Notes: generated by a model not told the origin, from the sequence alone. 64,000 nt of DNA from Candidatus Kerfeldbacteria bacterium (GCA_016193315.1 JACPSJ010000001.1:471478-535477); one strand, 5' to 3'. Shown: positions 26,397 to 35,397, counted from the stretch's first letter. A program made the numbers and translations.

Positions 26397-26664
26397 GGTA
26401 CACCTCCTATCCGAAGTTCAACAGTGGCAGAGTACAGCAGTACCGATTCAGGCCGAGGCTAGCAACAAGAAGTACAAAAGTCAAGTGCCGCTCCGGATCG
26501 ACATAATAATTATCTTGAACAACGTAGCAGGCTGATGGCAGCCGTTACTCCGCCACTACCGGGCGATCTGGGCGAGACACAGCCTGGCTCACCTCATCTC
26601 TTGTGCCCCTTCCGCCAACGCTGGTATACTCTGTGTACAATGATAATCAATTAGGTTTTTGGCC

Positions 26665-27522
26665 ATGAAGACGGTATTTTTCGCCTCGCTACTGGCCCTC
26701 CTCGCTTGGACGCAAGCCTCGGCCCAGCCGGCTTACTATTTTCAATTTTTTAATTTCGAAACCAACAATTACACCGAATCCTTCCCTTTCGGCCATTCCA
26801 ACGAGGTCGTCGTCGCCAGCCAGGGGCAGGACGTTCGGCAGCAACTGCCGATCGACTTGTCAATGTCGGTCAATGGTCAGCAAAGATGGACGTCAACTAT
26901 TGCCAACAACCCGACCCAGAACTGCCGCGGCGCGGATGGCTGCTCCACCCGCGGGCCAGTGACGGATGATCCCGGCGCGACTGCTTTCGTCGAGCTGACC
27001 GCCAAGGGTAAGGACGGTCAGACCATCGCCACTTACACCCGTGGCAACCGACCGACAAACACAGCGGTTACCAACCAGCCGACGACTTCAACAAACCGGA
27101 CCACCACCACGAACCGGACGACACCAGCCACGCCGACCACGTCAACAACCAATCGCACCACGGTCACTACCCAGCCGACGTCCACCAGCCAACAAGCGGA
27201 CACGAGCTGGCACCGGCGATGGTGGGAGGTTGGTTTCTGGGTCGGGATTTTCTGGCTCTTCCCCTGGGTCTTTGTCGGCTGGCAATGGACCAGATACAGG
27301 TTCTGGGGTTTTGGCTGGCCGTGGCCATGGTGGTTCTGGATTCCGCTGTGGTGGTTTATCCCGTGGTTTATCATCGGCTGGATCTGGTGGCTTGACTGGT
27401 GGCCGTGGTGGATGTGGTGGTGGTGGCTGTTCCCCTGGATTTTCTGGCTGTTCTGGTGGATTATCCTGTTCAAAGAAGCCATGATCTGGCATTGGCGCCA
27501 GAACCAAAGCGGGAACAGATGA
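26665..27522 (+). CDS. Secreted protein with Thr-rich linker and extraordinarily tryptophan-rich hydrophobic C-terminal region
   Basis: Signal peptide MKTVFFASLLALLAWTQASAQP. Linker TNRTTTTNRTTPATPTTSTTNRTTVTT. Final 104 aa contain 34 Trp (WPWPWWFWIPLWWFIPWFIIGWIWWLDWWPWWMWWWW ...). Confidence 0.6.
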   Translation: MKTVFFASLLALLAWTQASAQPAYYFQFFNFETNNYTESFPFGHSNEVVVASQGQDVRQQLPIDLSMSVNGQQRWTSTIANNPTQNCRGADGCSTRGPVTDDPGATAFVELTAKGKDGQTIATYTRGNRPTNTAVTNQPTTSTNRTTTTNRTTPATPTTSTTNRTTVTTQPTSTSQQADTSWHRRWWEVGFWVGIFWLFPWVFVGWQWTRYRFWGFGWPWPWWFWIPLWWFIPWFIIGWIWWLDWWPWWMWWWWLFPWIFWLFWWIILFKEAMIWHWRQNQSGNR

Positions 27523-27737
27523 ACGTTATTTCCCCGCCAGATAAAAACAGTTCGGTCTGGCCGGCATAGTGTTCTCTTGCCTCCCCGAACCGGATGGCGG
27601 TGGTTAGCATGGCCCGCGTGACTAAGATTTTCACGAACTACGCTCCGATCCCCGGACTAAAAATTACGGTCGTGTTTCCGGGGGGCCGTGATTTCCCTTC
27701 AATGGACAAACGCGCCTAGTTAGAATATCGTCGTTGT

Positions 27738-28010
27738 ATGTCACCTTGGTGGCGGAAAGGACTGTTTATGCCACCGTATGTGACGAAAGAACATTTCAAC
27801 GCCACTATGGATCAGTTTCGAAGAGATTTTTTTTCGAGCCATGAATTTCAGAGCACGATCAATAATCTTCCAAACGACCTGATGACAAAGATGGACGGAA
27901 CGTCTGTCATCCTTCAGCGCCTTGACCAGGAGCGCGTTTTAACGATCGAATGGATCCGCCGGATCGAAGGCGATCTATCAATGGTCAAGCAGCGTCTGAA
28001 GATAGCCTAA
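27738..28010 (+). CDS. Hypothetical small protein
   Basis: 90-aa ORF with ATG start, followed by a strong terminator. Confidence 0.4.
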   Translation: MSPWWRKGLFMPPYVTKEHFNATMDQFRRDFFSSHEFQSTINNLPNDLMTKMDGTSVILQRLDQERVLTIEWIRRIEGDLSMVKQRLKIA

Positions 28011-28030
28011 GGACCGCGGCCGGTGATTTG

Positions 28031-28051
28031 GCGCCCAAGCGGGCGTTTTTT
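28031..28051 (+). terminator. Rho-independent terminator
   Basis: cgccc-aagc-gggcg stem followed by tttttt. Confidence 0.65.
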
Positions 28052-28065
28052 GCTATACTTGGGAC

Positions 28066-29214
28066 GTGAAACCAACAACCAAAACTATTCTCATCGCAAT
28101 CCTGGTGGTGCTTATCCTCGGTGCAACAGCGTGGTGGCTTTTCTTCAACGGCAACTCAGCGGTTTCTGATCTGCCGCTGGTCAAAAACTTCCTTCAGCAA
28201 CGCGTCGATGCCGCGTTCAAGCCGGTAAACTGCCCGAATATACCACGAACCTTCCCGGCCGGCGCATATACTGGACCGCTGTATGACATGCATGTCCACA
28301 TGGCCGCCATCCCGGACGGACCGCCAGGAAGTCCGGTCGACCCGGGCGAGGGGCTGGCCCTCGGTATCAATACCTCGGTCGAGGACTACATCTGCATGAT
28401 GGACGTGGAGGGGACGCCGAAGGCCCTGGTCTTCTTTCCGGTTTGGGATCCGGTGCGCAAGCAAATGCTCGACGTGGTGAAACGAACCATGCAGAAATAT
28501 CCTGATCGTTTCATTCCGTTCATCATGCCGCCGGCCGATGACGGCTCGCCGACCGGTTTCCCGACGGTCGATGCCAAAACGCTCGAGGACATGCTCAGCG
28601 TGTATCCCGGACTGTTCCGCGGCTACGGTGAAATTGGCTTGTATGCACGCGACGGCGGCGCGCCGGAACTCAAACCTGATGCTCAGCGACTGTTGGACAT
28701 CTATCCGGTCATCCGGCAGCACAAACTCATCGCCTACTTCCACCTCGGGCAGGGGCAGAAAGACGAATTTGAAAAGATCCTCGAACAGAACCCTGGCATC
28801 ACCTTTATTTTTCACGGCGACCAGTTGGTCGAAGATGCTGGCGGCGGAGACAATTTGCAGCTGATTGATGAAATTCTGACCAATCACAAAAATGTGTATT
28901 ATGGCGTGGATGAACTCTATGGCGACGTCTGGCTGCTCCGTCGCGGAGTCAGCAAAGAAACATTCTTGACGCACCTGTCCAATCCTGAACCGTTGCTGGA
29001 GAAAGACTTGAAGACCTGGCGGGGGTTCATCGAGAAGCATCCGGACCAGGTACTATGGGACACGGATCGCGGCGGCGACGCTCGTTGGTCGCTTGATACC
29101 GATGTGGCGCTGGCGCTGAACGACTACAGCCGCATGTTTATTGGTCGGCTAAGTCCAGAGGTACAGGCGCGGTTCGCCTATCAAAATGCGGGACGACTCA
29201 TTGGTGAACGCTAG
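28066..29214 (+). CDS. Membrane-anchored metal-dependent amidohydrolase (TIM-barrel, Amidohydro_2-like)
   Basis: N-terminal TM anchor. YDMHVHM (HxH metal-binding motif). Later conserved His/Asp pattern. GTG start with TATACT immediately upstream. Confidence 0.6.
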   Translation: MKPTTKTILIAILVVLILGATAWWLFFNGNSAVSDLPLVKNFLQQRVDAAFKPVNCPNIPRTFPAGAYTGPLYDMHVHMAAIPDGPPGSPVDPGEGLALGINTSVEDYICMMDVEGTPKALVFFPVWDPVRKQMLDVVKRTMQKYPDRFIPFIMPPADDGSPTGFPTVDAKTLEDMLSVYPGLFRGYGEIGLYARDGGAPELKPDAQRLLDIYPVIRQHKLIAYFHLGQGQKDEFEKILEQNPGITFIFHGDQLVEDAGGGDNLQLIDEILTNHKNVYYGVDELYGDVWLLRRGVSKETFLTHLSNPEPLLEKDLKTWRGFIEKHPDQVLWDTDRGGDARWSLDTDVALALNDYSRMFIGRLSPEVQARFAYQNAGRLIGER

Positions 29215-29373
29215 CTCCGGTCCCAAATAACAAATCCCAAGGAAGCCCCAATAACCGAAATTCGAATGATCAAAATATATTTTCGAGCAAAAAGTATTTC
29301 GGTCATTTGATGATTGGTTATTCGGACTTGTTTGGAATTTGGTGCTGGGCATTTGGGATTTAATTGAGTATGT

Positions 29374-29763
29374 ATGCCAAAATCTGGAACTGTTGATGCG
29401 TACATCGCCGGCGCTCCAAAAGCAGCACGAATCATGTTGACGCAACTTCGGCGAGCGATCAAATCCGCCGCGCCAACCGCTAAAGAAGAAATAAGTTACG
29501 GCATTCCGTTTTATGAATACAAGAGTCCTGGATATAAAGGCCGCCTGGTGTACTTTGGCGCGTTTAAGAAGCACATCAGTATCTACGCCTGGGACCGGGA
29601 AGTCAACCAGCACAAAGAACTCAAGAAGTATAAGACCTCAACCGGCACGCTGCGGTTTCCGATTGGCACGAAGATACCCATGGCGCTAGTGAAAAAGGTG
29701 GTCAAAGCGCGGAGGCGAGAAATTAATCTGACCCTGAGGCCAAAAAGCAAGAGGCAATTGTGA
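29374..29763 (+). CDS. DUF1801 (YdhG-like) domain protein
   Basis: VDAYIAGAPKAARIMLTQLRRAIKSAAPTAKEEISYGIPFY ... LVYFGAFKKHISIY pattern typical of DUF1801. Located in a lower-GC stretch. Confidence 0.55.
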   Translation: MPKSGTVDAYIAGAPKAARIMLTQLRRAIKSAAPTAKEEISYGIPFYEYKSPGYKGRLVYFGAFKKHISIYAWDREVNQHKELKKYKTSTGTLRFPIGTKIPMALVKKVVKARRREINLTLRPKSKRQL

Positions 29764-30060
29764 TGAACCGGGAGGGAACGTTAAGAATCTGCCAGCGCGT
29801 GGATTTTCAGCCGGCCACGATCAGGATGAGTCATCACCAGGGGTTTGGAACGGCTGGAACGGTCCGCCGCTGAGTCGGTCTAACCGCTAACCGACGGTCG
29901 AGACCACCAGCTTGCTTGGCCAGGGCAGGAGGAGTACTCTGTGAGGGATGGAGGGCCTAGCCCTTTGTTAGCTGTTATCCACATGGGGCGCTGACTTCCC
30001 GCATCAAGGACGCGCCGATTACTTCATTGGGGATTCATTTATTATATTAACTGCACGCTT

Positions 30061-31791
30061 ATGATGCATAGTCCGCAGCGCATTCTCAGGGTTGGTCTCC
30101 GCCGGGGAATCTTGGGTGTCGTCAGCTTGGGGGCACTACTTCTACTGGCAGTGGCCAGCCAGCTCGAAACCGTTCAGGCCGCGGCGTTCACCGTTAACAG
30201 TACAACCGATAGCGTGGACATCAGCCCCGGTGACGGCGCCTGTGCTGATAGTGCTGGCGATTGTTCCCTCCGCGCGGCCATTATGGAGACCAACGCGCTT
30301 CCAGGGGCCGACAGTATTACCCTGCCCGCGGGCACGTACACGATCAGCATGGCCGGAATCGGCGAGGACGCTGCTCTGAGCGGCGATCTTGATATTTCCG
30401 ACGACTTGATTGTTTCCGGCGCTGGTGCGGCCGCCAGCCTGGTTGACGGGGGCGCGATCGACCGGGTGTTTGAAATACGTCCAGGGGCGACAGTCCATCT
30501 CCGTTGGCTACGCACGCAGAACGGCGACCCGGTGGCCAATGCCGGCGGCATCCTCAATCATGGGGACCTAACCCTTACTCGCGTTACAGTCACTAACAAT
30601 ACTGGACAGAATTTTGGCGGTGGCATCGCCAACTTCGGGACGATGTCAATTGGGTATTCAACCATCAGCCACAACGACACGGTCGGTGCTAATCTGAGTG
30701 GCGGCGGAGGCGGGATCTACAATGAAGGCACGTTGACCATAACGGGTAGCACCCTAAATGATAACACCACACTTGGACGCGGTGGAGCTATCTATAACCT
30801 TGATCAAACGCTGACGTTGACTAATAGCACGCTCAGTACCAACACGGCCCTAAACGGCGGGGGCATTTTCAACCGCTTCGGAACTGTCACCAGCACCCAT
30901 CTCACCATTACTAACAACACGGCGACCGACAATGGCGGCGGCGTTTGGAACTTCGGCGGAACAATGTCATTGGGCAATACTGTCATCAGTGGGAACAGCG
31001 CCGCCACGGCTGCAGACGATTGCGCCGGCGCGATCACGTCCCTCGGATATAATCTGGCCAGCGATGCCTCCTGCGGGCTTGGCGGAACCGGCGACCTCAA
31101 CAGTACGAACCCCATGCTGGGGCCATTGGCCAACAACAGCGGTCCGACCTTCACGCACGCGCTGCTCACTGGTAGCCCAGCAATTGATGCCGTTCCCCTG
31201 ATCGCCTGCACCGTCAGCACTGATCAACGCGGCGTCCCCAGGCCGATGGGTCCAGCCTGCGATATGGGCGCGTTCGAACGAGTGGTGCCGGAGGCCTGTA
31301 ATAACGTAGCCTTTGACACCATCATTGTTGGCACGGCTGGAAATAATACACTGAACGGCGGAAATGGCCGCGACTTGATCTTCGGCCTAGGCGGTAATGA
31401 CGTGTTGAACGGCAGTAATAATGACGACTGTCTGGTCGGCGGCTCCGGCCACGATCGCCTCAATGCCAGTAATGGCAATGACTACCTTGATGGCGAGGCG
31501 GGTAATGATCGACTGCACGCCAGCAACGGTAACGACACCCTGGTTGGCGGGGACGGCCGCGATGCGCTCAGCGGCAGCAATGGGATTGATCACCTTGACG
31601 GTGGCCTGGGAAACGACACCCTCTCCGGAGGGAACGGTGATGACGTCCTGGATGGCCATGACGGCGACGACCGGTTGTTCGGAGACAACGGCTACGACAC
31701 GCTGAGTGGCGGCGCCGGTACGGACAGGCTCGACGGTGGACTGGGCATAGATTCCTGCATTGGTGAGATCGAACTGTCCTGCGAGATATAG
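30061..31791 (+). CDS. Secreted CSLREA-domain / right-handed beta-helix protein with C-terminal RTX-type calcium-binding repeats
   Basis: Signal peptide. CSLRAAI motif (CSLREA N-terminal domain). Repeated NxxGGGI beta-helix turns. Tandem GGxGxDxL nonapeptides (GGNGRDLIFGLGGNDVLNGSNNDD ...) at the C-terminus. Confidence 0.75.
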   Translation: MMHSPQRILRVGLRRGILGVVSLGALLLLAVASQLETVQAAAFTVNSTTDSVDISPGDGACADSAGDCSLRAAIMETNALPGADSITLPAGTYTISMAGIGEDAALSGDLDISDDLIVSGAGAAASLVDGGAIDRVFEIRPGATVHLRWLRTQNGDPVANAGGILNHGDLTLTRVTVTNNTGQNFGGGIANFGTMSIGYSTISHNDTVGANLSGGGGGIYNEGTLTITGSTLNDNTTLGRGGAIYNLDQTLTLTNSTLSTNTALNGGGIFNRFGTVTSTHLTITNNTATDNGGGVWNFGGTMSLGNTVISGNSAATAADDCAGAITSLGYNLASDASCGLGGTGDLNSTNPMLGPLANNSGPTFTHALLTGSPAIDAVPLIACTVSTDQRGVPRPMGPACDMGAFERVVPEACNNVAFDTIIVGTAGNNTLNGGNGRDLIFGLGGNDVLNGSNNDDCLVGGSGHDRLNASNGNDYLDGEAGNDRLHASNGNDTLVGGDGRDALSGSNGIDHLDGGLGNDTLSGGNGDDVLDGHDGDDRLFGDNGYDTLSGGAGTDRLDGGLGIDSCIGEIELSCEI

Positions 31792-31848
31792 CACCCCCCA
31801 GAATGATAGGCCGGACCGATACGTGGTGGTTGTTCTGAGCGCGGTTCG

Positions 31849-32550
31849 ATGCCCAGACTGAATCAAGTCCGCGCTGAACTCCAACGCCTCAGTAAACCCA
31901 GCACGGCCAAGACCAGGCAGTGGTTTTTCCAGACCGGGCATGGCGAGTACAGCGAAGGAGATATATTTATCGGTGTCTCCGTTCCTGAGCAGCGCCGGGT
32001 CGCAAGGAAATATAGAGATTTGCCTCTGGCTGACGTCGAACGTCTGCTGCAGAGCCGATACCACGAACACCGCCTAACGGCCCTGTTCATCTTGGTCAGT
32101 CAATTCCAACGCCGCGACCAACACACACGCGAGATTATTGCCAAGCGGTATCTGCGGTGGCGGAAACAGATCAATAATTGGGATCTGGTCGATTCTTCGG
32201 CGCCCCACATCCTCGGGACATACCTACTCGACAAGCCGCGGCTGGTACTTTCGAGCCTAGCCGCTTCAAGGAACCTGTGGGAACGACGGATGTCGATCAT
32301 CGCCACGCAAACATTCATCCGCCACGGCCAGTTCCGCGATACGCTGAACTTAGCGAAAAAGCTGTTGCGCGATCCCCACGACCTAATCCATAAAGCTGTC
32401 GGCTGGATGCTTCGTGAAGTAGGAGATCGCGATCGTCCAACTGAAGAACGATTTTTGAAACGATACGCCAGGCAAATGCCCCGGACGATGCTGCGCTACG
32501 CCATTGAGAAGTTCCCGCCCGCGGGTCGTCGCCAGTATCTAGGCAGATAA
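31849..32550 (+). CDS. DNA alkylation repair protein (AlkD-like HEAT-repeat glycosylase family)
   Basis: 233-aa ORF with the DNA_alkylation family pattern (GDIFIGVSVPEQRRVARKY ... WDLVDSS ... KAVGWMLREVG). Confidence 0.6.
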   Translation: MPRLNQVRAELQRLSKPSTAKTRQWFFQTGHGEYSEGDIFIGVSVPEQRRVARKYRDLPLADVERLLQSRYHEHRLTALFILVSQFQRRDQHTREIIAKRYLRWRKQINNWDLVDSSAPHILGTYLLDKPRLVLSSLAASRNLWERRMSIIATQTFIRHGQFRDTLNLAKKLLRDPHDLIHKAVGWMLREVGDRDRPTEERFLKRYARQMPRTMLRYAIEKFPPAGRRQYLGR

Positions 32551-32552
32551 AG

Positions 32553-32581
32553 TTGACAGGGGGCGCAAACCGTCGTATAAT
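32553..32581 (+). promoter_or_regulatory. Consensus sigma70 promoter (TTGACA-N17-TATAAT) for the infA-rpmJ-rpsM-rpsK-rpsD-rpoA-rplQ-rplM-rpsI operon
   Basis: ttgaca 32553-32558, exact 17-nt spacer, tataat 32576-32581. About 100-nt leader with a long imperfect hairpin (ctcgggcagaat ... attcttgcctgccgag). Confidence 0.6.
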
Positions 32582-32680
32582 CGATCAGCCACCAAGCTAG
32601 ACTTCACGACCTCGGGCAGAATTGATGACAGCTAAGCGAAAATTCTTGCCTGCCGAGTCGTCCTCGACTAAGTTTTCTTA

Positions 32681-32944
32681 ATGCGGCGAAAGCGACCAGC
32701 CTTCGTTCCGACAAGCAGCCAAGAGCCGAAGCGAGACAAGGGTTTTATCACCCTCACAGGGGTGGTCACCGAATCGCTACCAGGAGCCATGTTCCGGTTG
32801 GAACTGGAGAACGGTCACCGAGTCTTGGCTCACTTGTCTGGAAAAATGCGACTCCATCGAATGAAGATTCTGCCCGGTGACAAGGTCCAATTAGAAATCA
32901 GCCCCTACGACTTGACCAAGGGTCGAATTGTCTACCGCCTGTGA
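32681..32944 (+). CDS. infA: Translation initiation factor IF-1 (with short N-terminal extension)
   Basis: S1-like core [68 protein letters not shown]. Confidence 0.9.
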   Translation: MRRKRPAFVPTSSQEPKRDKGFITLTGVVTESLPGAMFRLELENGHRVLAHLSGKMRLHRMKILPGDKVQLEISPYDLTKGRIVYRL

Positions 32945-33057
32945 AAGTCCGCTCATCAGTCAAACCAATCTGTAAAAACTGCCGCGTCATTCGCCGCGGC
33001 AAGCGGCTCTATGTCGTCTGCCCGACTAATCCGAAGCACAAACAGCGCCAAGGGTAG
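32941..33057 (+). CDS. rpmJ: 50S ribosomal protein L36 (GTG start overlapping the infA stop; too short to appear in the ORF track)
   Basis: Translation [38 protein letters not shown] matches the L36 zinc-ribbon consensus. Confidence 0.85.
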   Translation: MKVRSSVKPICKNCRVIRRGKRLYVVCPTNPKHKQRQG

Positions 33058-33093
33058 CCGAGTTCTCCGCCGCTTAAACTAGTCGTCTCTCAC

Positions 33094-33486
33094 ATGCCAG
33101 TTCTTCGCCTCGCCGGGATTAACCTGCCAGCCAAAAAACGCATCCAGGTGGCCCTAACCTATTTGTACGGCATCGGGCCAAGCTTGGCTGGAAGAATTAT
33201 TACCGCCGCCAAGATTGCTGGTAACCCGCGGGTTGAGGAATTGAATGAGACGCAGGTTGGCAAACTCCGCGAACTGATTGATAAACATCAGGTCGAGGGC
33301 GATTTAAAACGCGAAGTTCTCCTGAACATTAAACGGTTGAAAGAAATTGGTGCTTACCGGGGAATCCGGCATAGCAAAAACCTGCCGGTCCGAGGCCAGC
33401 GGACGCGAACGAATTCCCGCACGGTGCGCGGTAATGTTCGACGCACCATGGGCTCCGGTCGTCGGGCGCCAGCGGAGAAAACATAG
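33094..33486 (+). CDS. rpsM: 30S ribosomal protein S13
   Basis: LAGINLPAKKRIQVALTYLYGIGPSLAGRII ... S13 signature. Confidence 0.9.
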   Translation: MPVLRLAGINLPAKKRIQVALTYLYGIGPSLAGRIITAAKIAGNPRVEELNETQVGKLRELIDKHQVEGDLKREVLLNIKRLKEIGAYRGIRHSKNLPVRGQRTRTNSRTVRGNVRRTMGSGRRAPAEKT

Positions 33487-33490
33487 TCGT

Positions 33491-33940
33491 ATGATTGACC
33501 ACGGACTCGATTCTCATCAATCGGCGCCAGCCAGCGATACGAAATCTACACCGGCCGCGGCGACCCTGAAGTCGAAAAAGCCGAAGAAGAAATTCGTCAC
33601 CCACGGTCAGGCGCATATTCAAGCGACCTACAATAATACCATCGTCACGATTACCGATCAAAACGGTAACGTTTTAGCCTGGTCGTCGGCGGGGAAAGTT
33701 GGTTTCTCCGGACCGAAAAAAAGCACCCCCTATGCGGCCGCGATTATCGTCCGCGACCTGGTCGAACGTATCCGGCCAGTCGGCCTGAAGCAGATTGACG
33801 TCTTTGTCCGCGGCGTCGGTTTGGGTCGGGAGGCCGCTATCCGGGCGCTCGTCGCCCAGGGGCTGACCATCAACATCATCAAAGACTTGACGCCGATGCC
33901 GCATAATGGTCCGCGGCCGCCACGGGTTCGCCGCGTATAA
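33491..33940 (+). CDS. rpsK: 30S ribosomal protein S11 (with N-terminal extension)
   Basis: [42 protein letters not shown] ... S11 signature. ATG at 33491. Confidence 0.9.
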   Translation: MIDHGLDSHQSAPASDTKSTPAAATLKSKKPKKKFVTHGQAHIQATYNNTIVTITDQNGNVLAWSSAGKVGFSGPKKSTPYAAAIIVRDLVERIRPVGLKQIDVFVRGVGLGREAAIRALVAQGLTINIIKDLTPMPHNGPRPPRVRRV

Positions 33941-33944
33941 AGTC

Positions 33945-34562
33945 ATGGCTCGCTACACCGGTCCCAAACTGAAACTCTCCCGCCGCTTCGGTCAAGCCCT
34001 GTTTGGCACCGCCAAGGAAGCCAAAGTTCTCCAGCGTCGAAATTACCCACCTGGCCAGCACGGCCCGGCCGCCAGTGGACGGCAGTCCGAGTACGCGCTC
34101 CAACTGCGGGAAAAGCAAAAAGCCAAAATTATGTACGGGCTACTGGAGCGGCAATTCCGTAAGTACTTTTCCGAGGCCTACAAGTCGAGCGGCGACACCG
34201 GTGTACAGCTGTTGCAGCTTTTAGAACGTCGCCTTGATAATGTGGTCTATCGCCTCGGCTTGGCCTCGACCCGGGCTCAGGCTCGACAGCTCGTTAACCA
34301 TGGGCATGTGGTAGTGAATGGCCGGCGAGTTGACGTCCCATCGTATCGAGTCAAAGTCAATGACGTCATTGGCGTTAAACCCCAGAGTTCAACTCTCACC
34401 CATTTTACGACGCTTGCTAAATCGCTTGAAAACTACCAGCCACTGACCTGGCTCGAACTGAACAAAACAGCACTCTCGGGTCGAGTCACTGGCTTACCAG
34501 AAGGCAGTCAATTGGAACAGACTATCAGCCCACAATTGATCGTCGAGTTTTATTCGCGTTAA
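33945..34562 (+). CDS. rpsD: 30S ribosomal protein S4
   Basis: [16 protein letters not shown] ... S4 N-terminus and S4 RNA-binding domain. Confidence 0.9.
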   Translation: MARYTGPKLKLSRRFGQALFGTAKEAKVLQRRNYPPGQHGPAASGRQSEYALQLREKQKAKIMYGLLERQFRKYFSEAYKSSGDTGVQLLQLLERRLDNVVYRLGLASTRAQARQLVNHGHVVVNGRRVDVPSYRVKVNDVIGVKPQSSTLTHFTTLAKSLENYQPLTWLELNKTALSGRVTGLPEGSQLEQTISPQLIVEFYSR

Positions 34563-34573
34563 CCGCCGCGTCT

Positions 34574-35395
34574 ATGGAATCGATTCCTTTACCGCGCAAC
34601 ATCGTGCAGAAAACCATGGGTCCGCATCGTAGCGCCTTTACGATTGAGCCGCTGTACCCCGGCTACGGCACGACGTTGGGAAATACGTTGCGCCGCGTAT
34701 TGCTATCATCGCTACCAGGCGCCGCCATTACCGCCGTTAAAATCGAGGGGATCAACCACGAATTCTCGGCCATTCCAAAAGTCAAGGAAGATGTGGTCGA
34801 TATCCTCCTCAATGTGAAACAGATACGGCTGAAAGTTCACCGCGACGAGCCGCTGACCGTCCACCTGAAAGCAAAAGGCAACAAACCAGTGACCGCCGGA
34901 GATCTGGAAAAGAATGCGGATTTGGAAGTCGTCAATCCAAAGCAGCCGATTGCCACCCTGACCGACAAAACAGCCAGCTTCGAGATGGAATTGACTGTGG
35001 CCCGGGGCCGGGGATATGTGCCGGTCGAGAACCGCGAGAAAGATCGACTGCCGATCGGCACCATCGCCATCGATGCCATTTATACGCCGGTCAAGAATGT
35101 CAATTTTACCACCGAGCATGTGCGGGTTGAACAGATGACAAATTTTGACAAGCTTATTCTTGATATCACCACCGACGGTAGCCTGACACCGGATGAAGCC
35201 TTACGGCAGGCCGCCTCGATCATGGTTGAACACTTCCAATTTGTCCTGACCGGTCCCACCGAGACAGCGGCGATGCCCACCATTCCCGATCCGACCAGCG
35301 AGCCCGAGCCGGATGCGACGGCGACTGAGAAACAGAAGAAGAAACCGAGCCGTCGAAAAAAAGATGATCAGTCGGCAGCCACCGAGGAGACCTAG
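34574..35395 (+). CDS. rpoA: DNA-directed RNA polymerase alpha subunit, N-terminal domain only (alpha-CTD absent; ends in low-complexity tail)
   Basis: alpha-NTD of about 225 aa conserved. The remaining 46 aa are PTETAAMPTIPDPTSEPEPDATATEKQKKKPSRRKKDDQSAATEET, with no alpha-CTD helix-hairpin-helix. Confidence 0.9.
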   Translation: MESIPLPRNIVQKTMGPHRSAFTIEPLYPGYGTTLGNTLRRVLLSSLPGAAITAVKIEGINHEFSAIPKVKEDVVDILLNVKQIRLKVHRDEPLTVHLKAKGNKPVTAGDLEKNADLEVVNPKQPIATLTDKTASFEMELTVARGRGYVPVENREKDRLPIGTIAIDAIYTPVKNVNFTTEHVRVEQMTNFDKLILDITTDGSLTPDEALRQAASIMVEHFQFVLTGPTETAAMPTIPDPTSEPEPDATATEKQKKKPSRRKKDDQSAATEET

Positions 35396-35397
35396 GC

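Noticed and set aside
27041-27507. Alternative-frame ORFs over the Trp-rich region: + strand Gly-rich 147 aa (27041-27484), minus strand Pro-rich 121 aa (27142-27507) and His-rich 149 aa (27033-27482)
   Set aside because: These are shadow ORFs created by the TGG/CCA-rich repeat composition. Only the frame called has a signal peptide and continuous upstream coding sequence with a proper start.
28156-29040. 294-aa minus-strand ORF antisense to the amidohydrolase gene
   Set aside because: It has no recognisable domains and is antisense to an ORF with clear metal-hydrolase motifs. It is a typical high-GC shadow ORF.
31387-32070. 227-aa minus-strand ORF antisense to the RTX repeats and the AlkD start
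   Set aside because: Repeat-derived antisense frame. It crosses an intergenic gap and two plus-strand genes.
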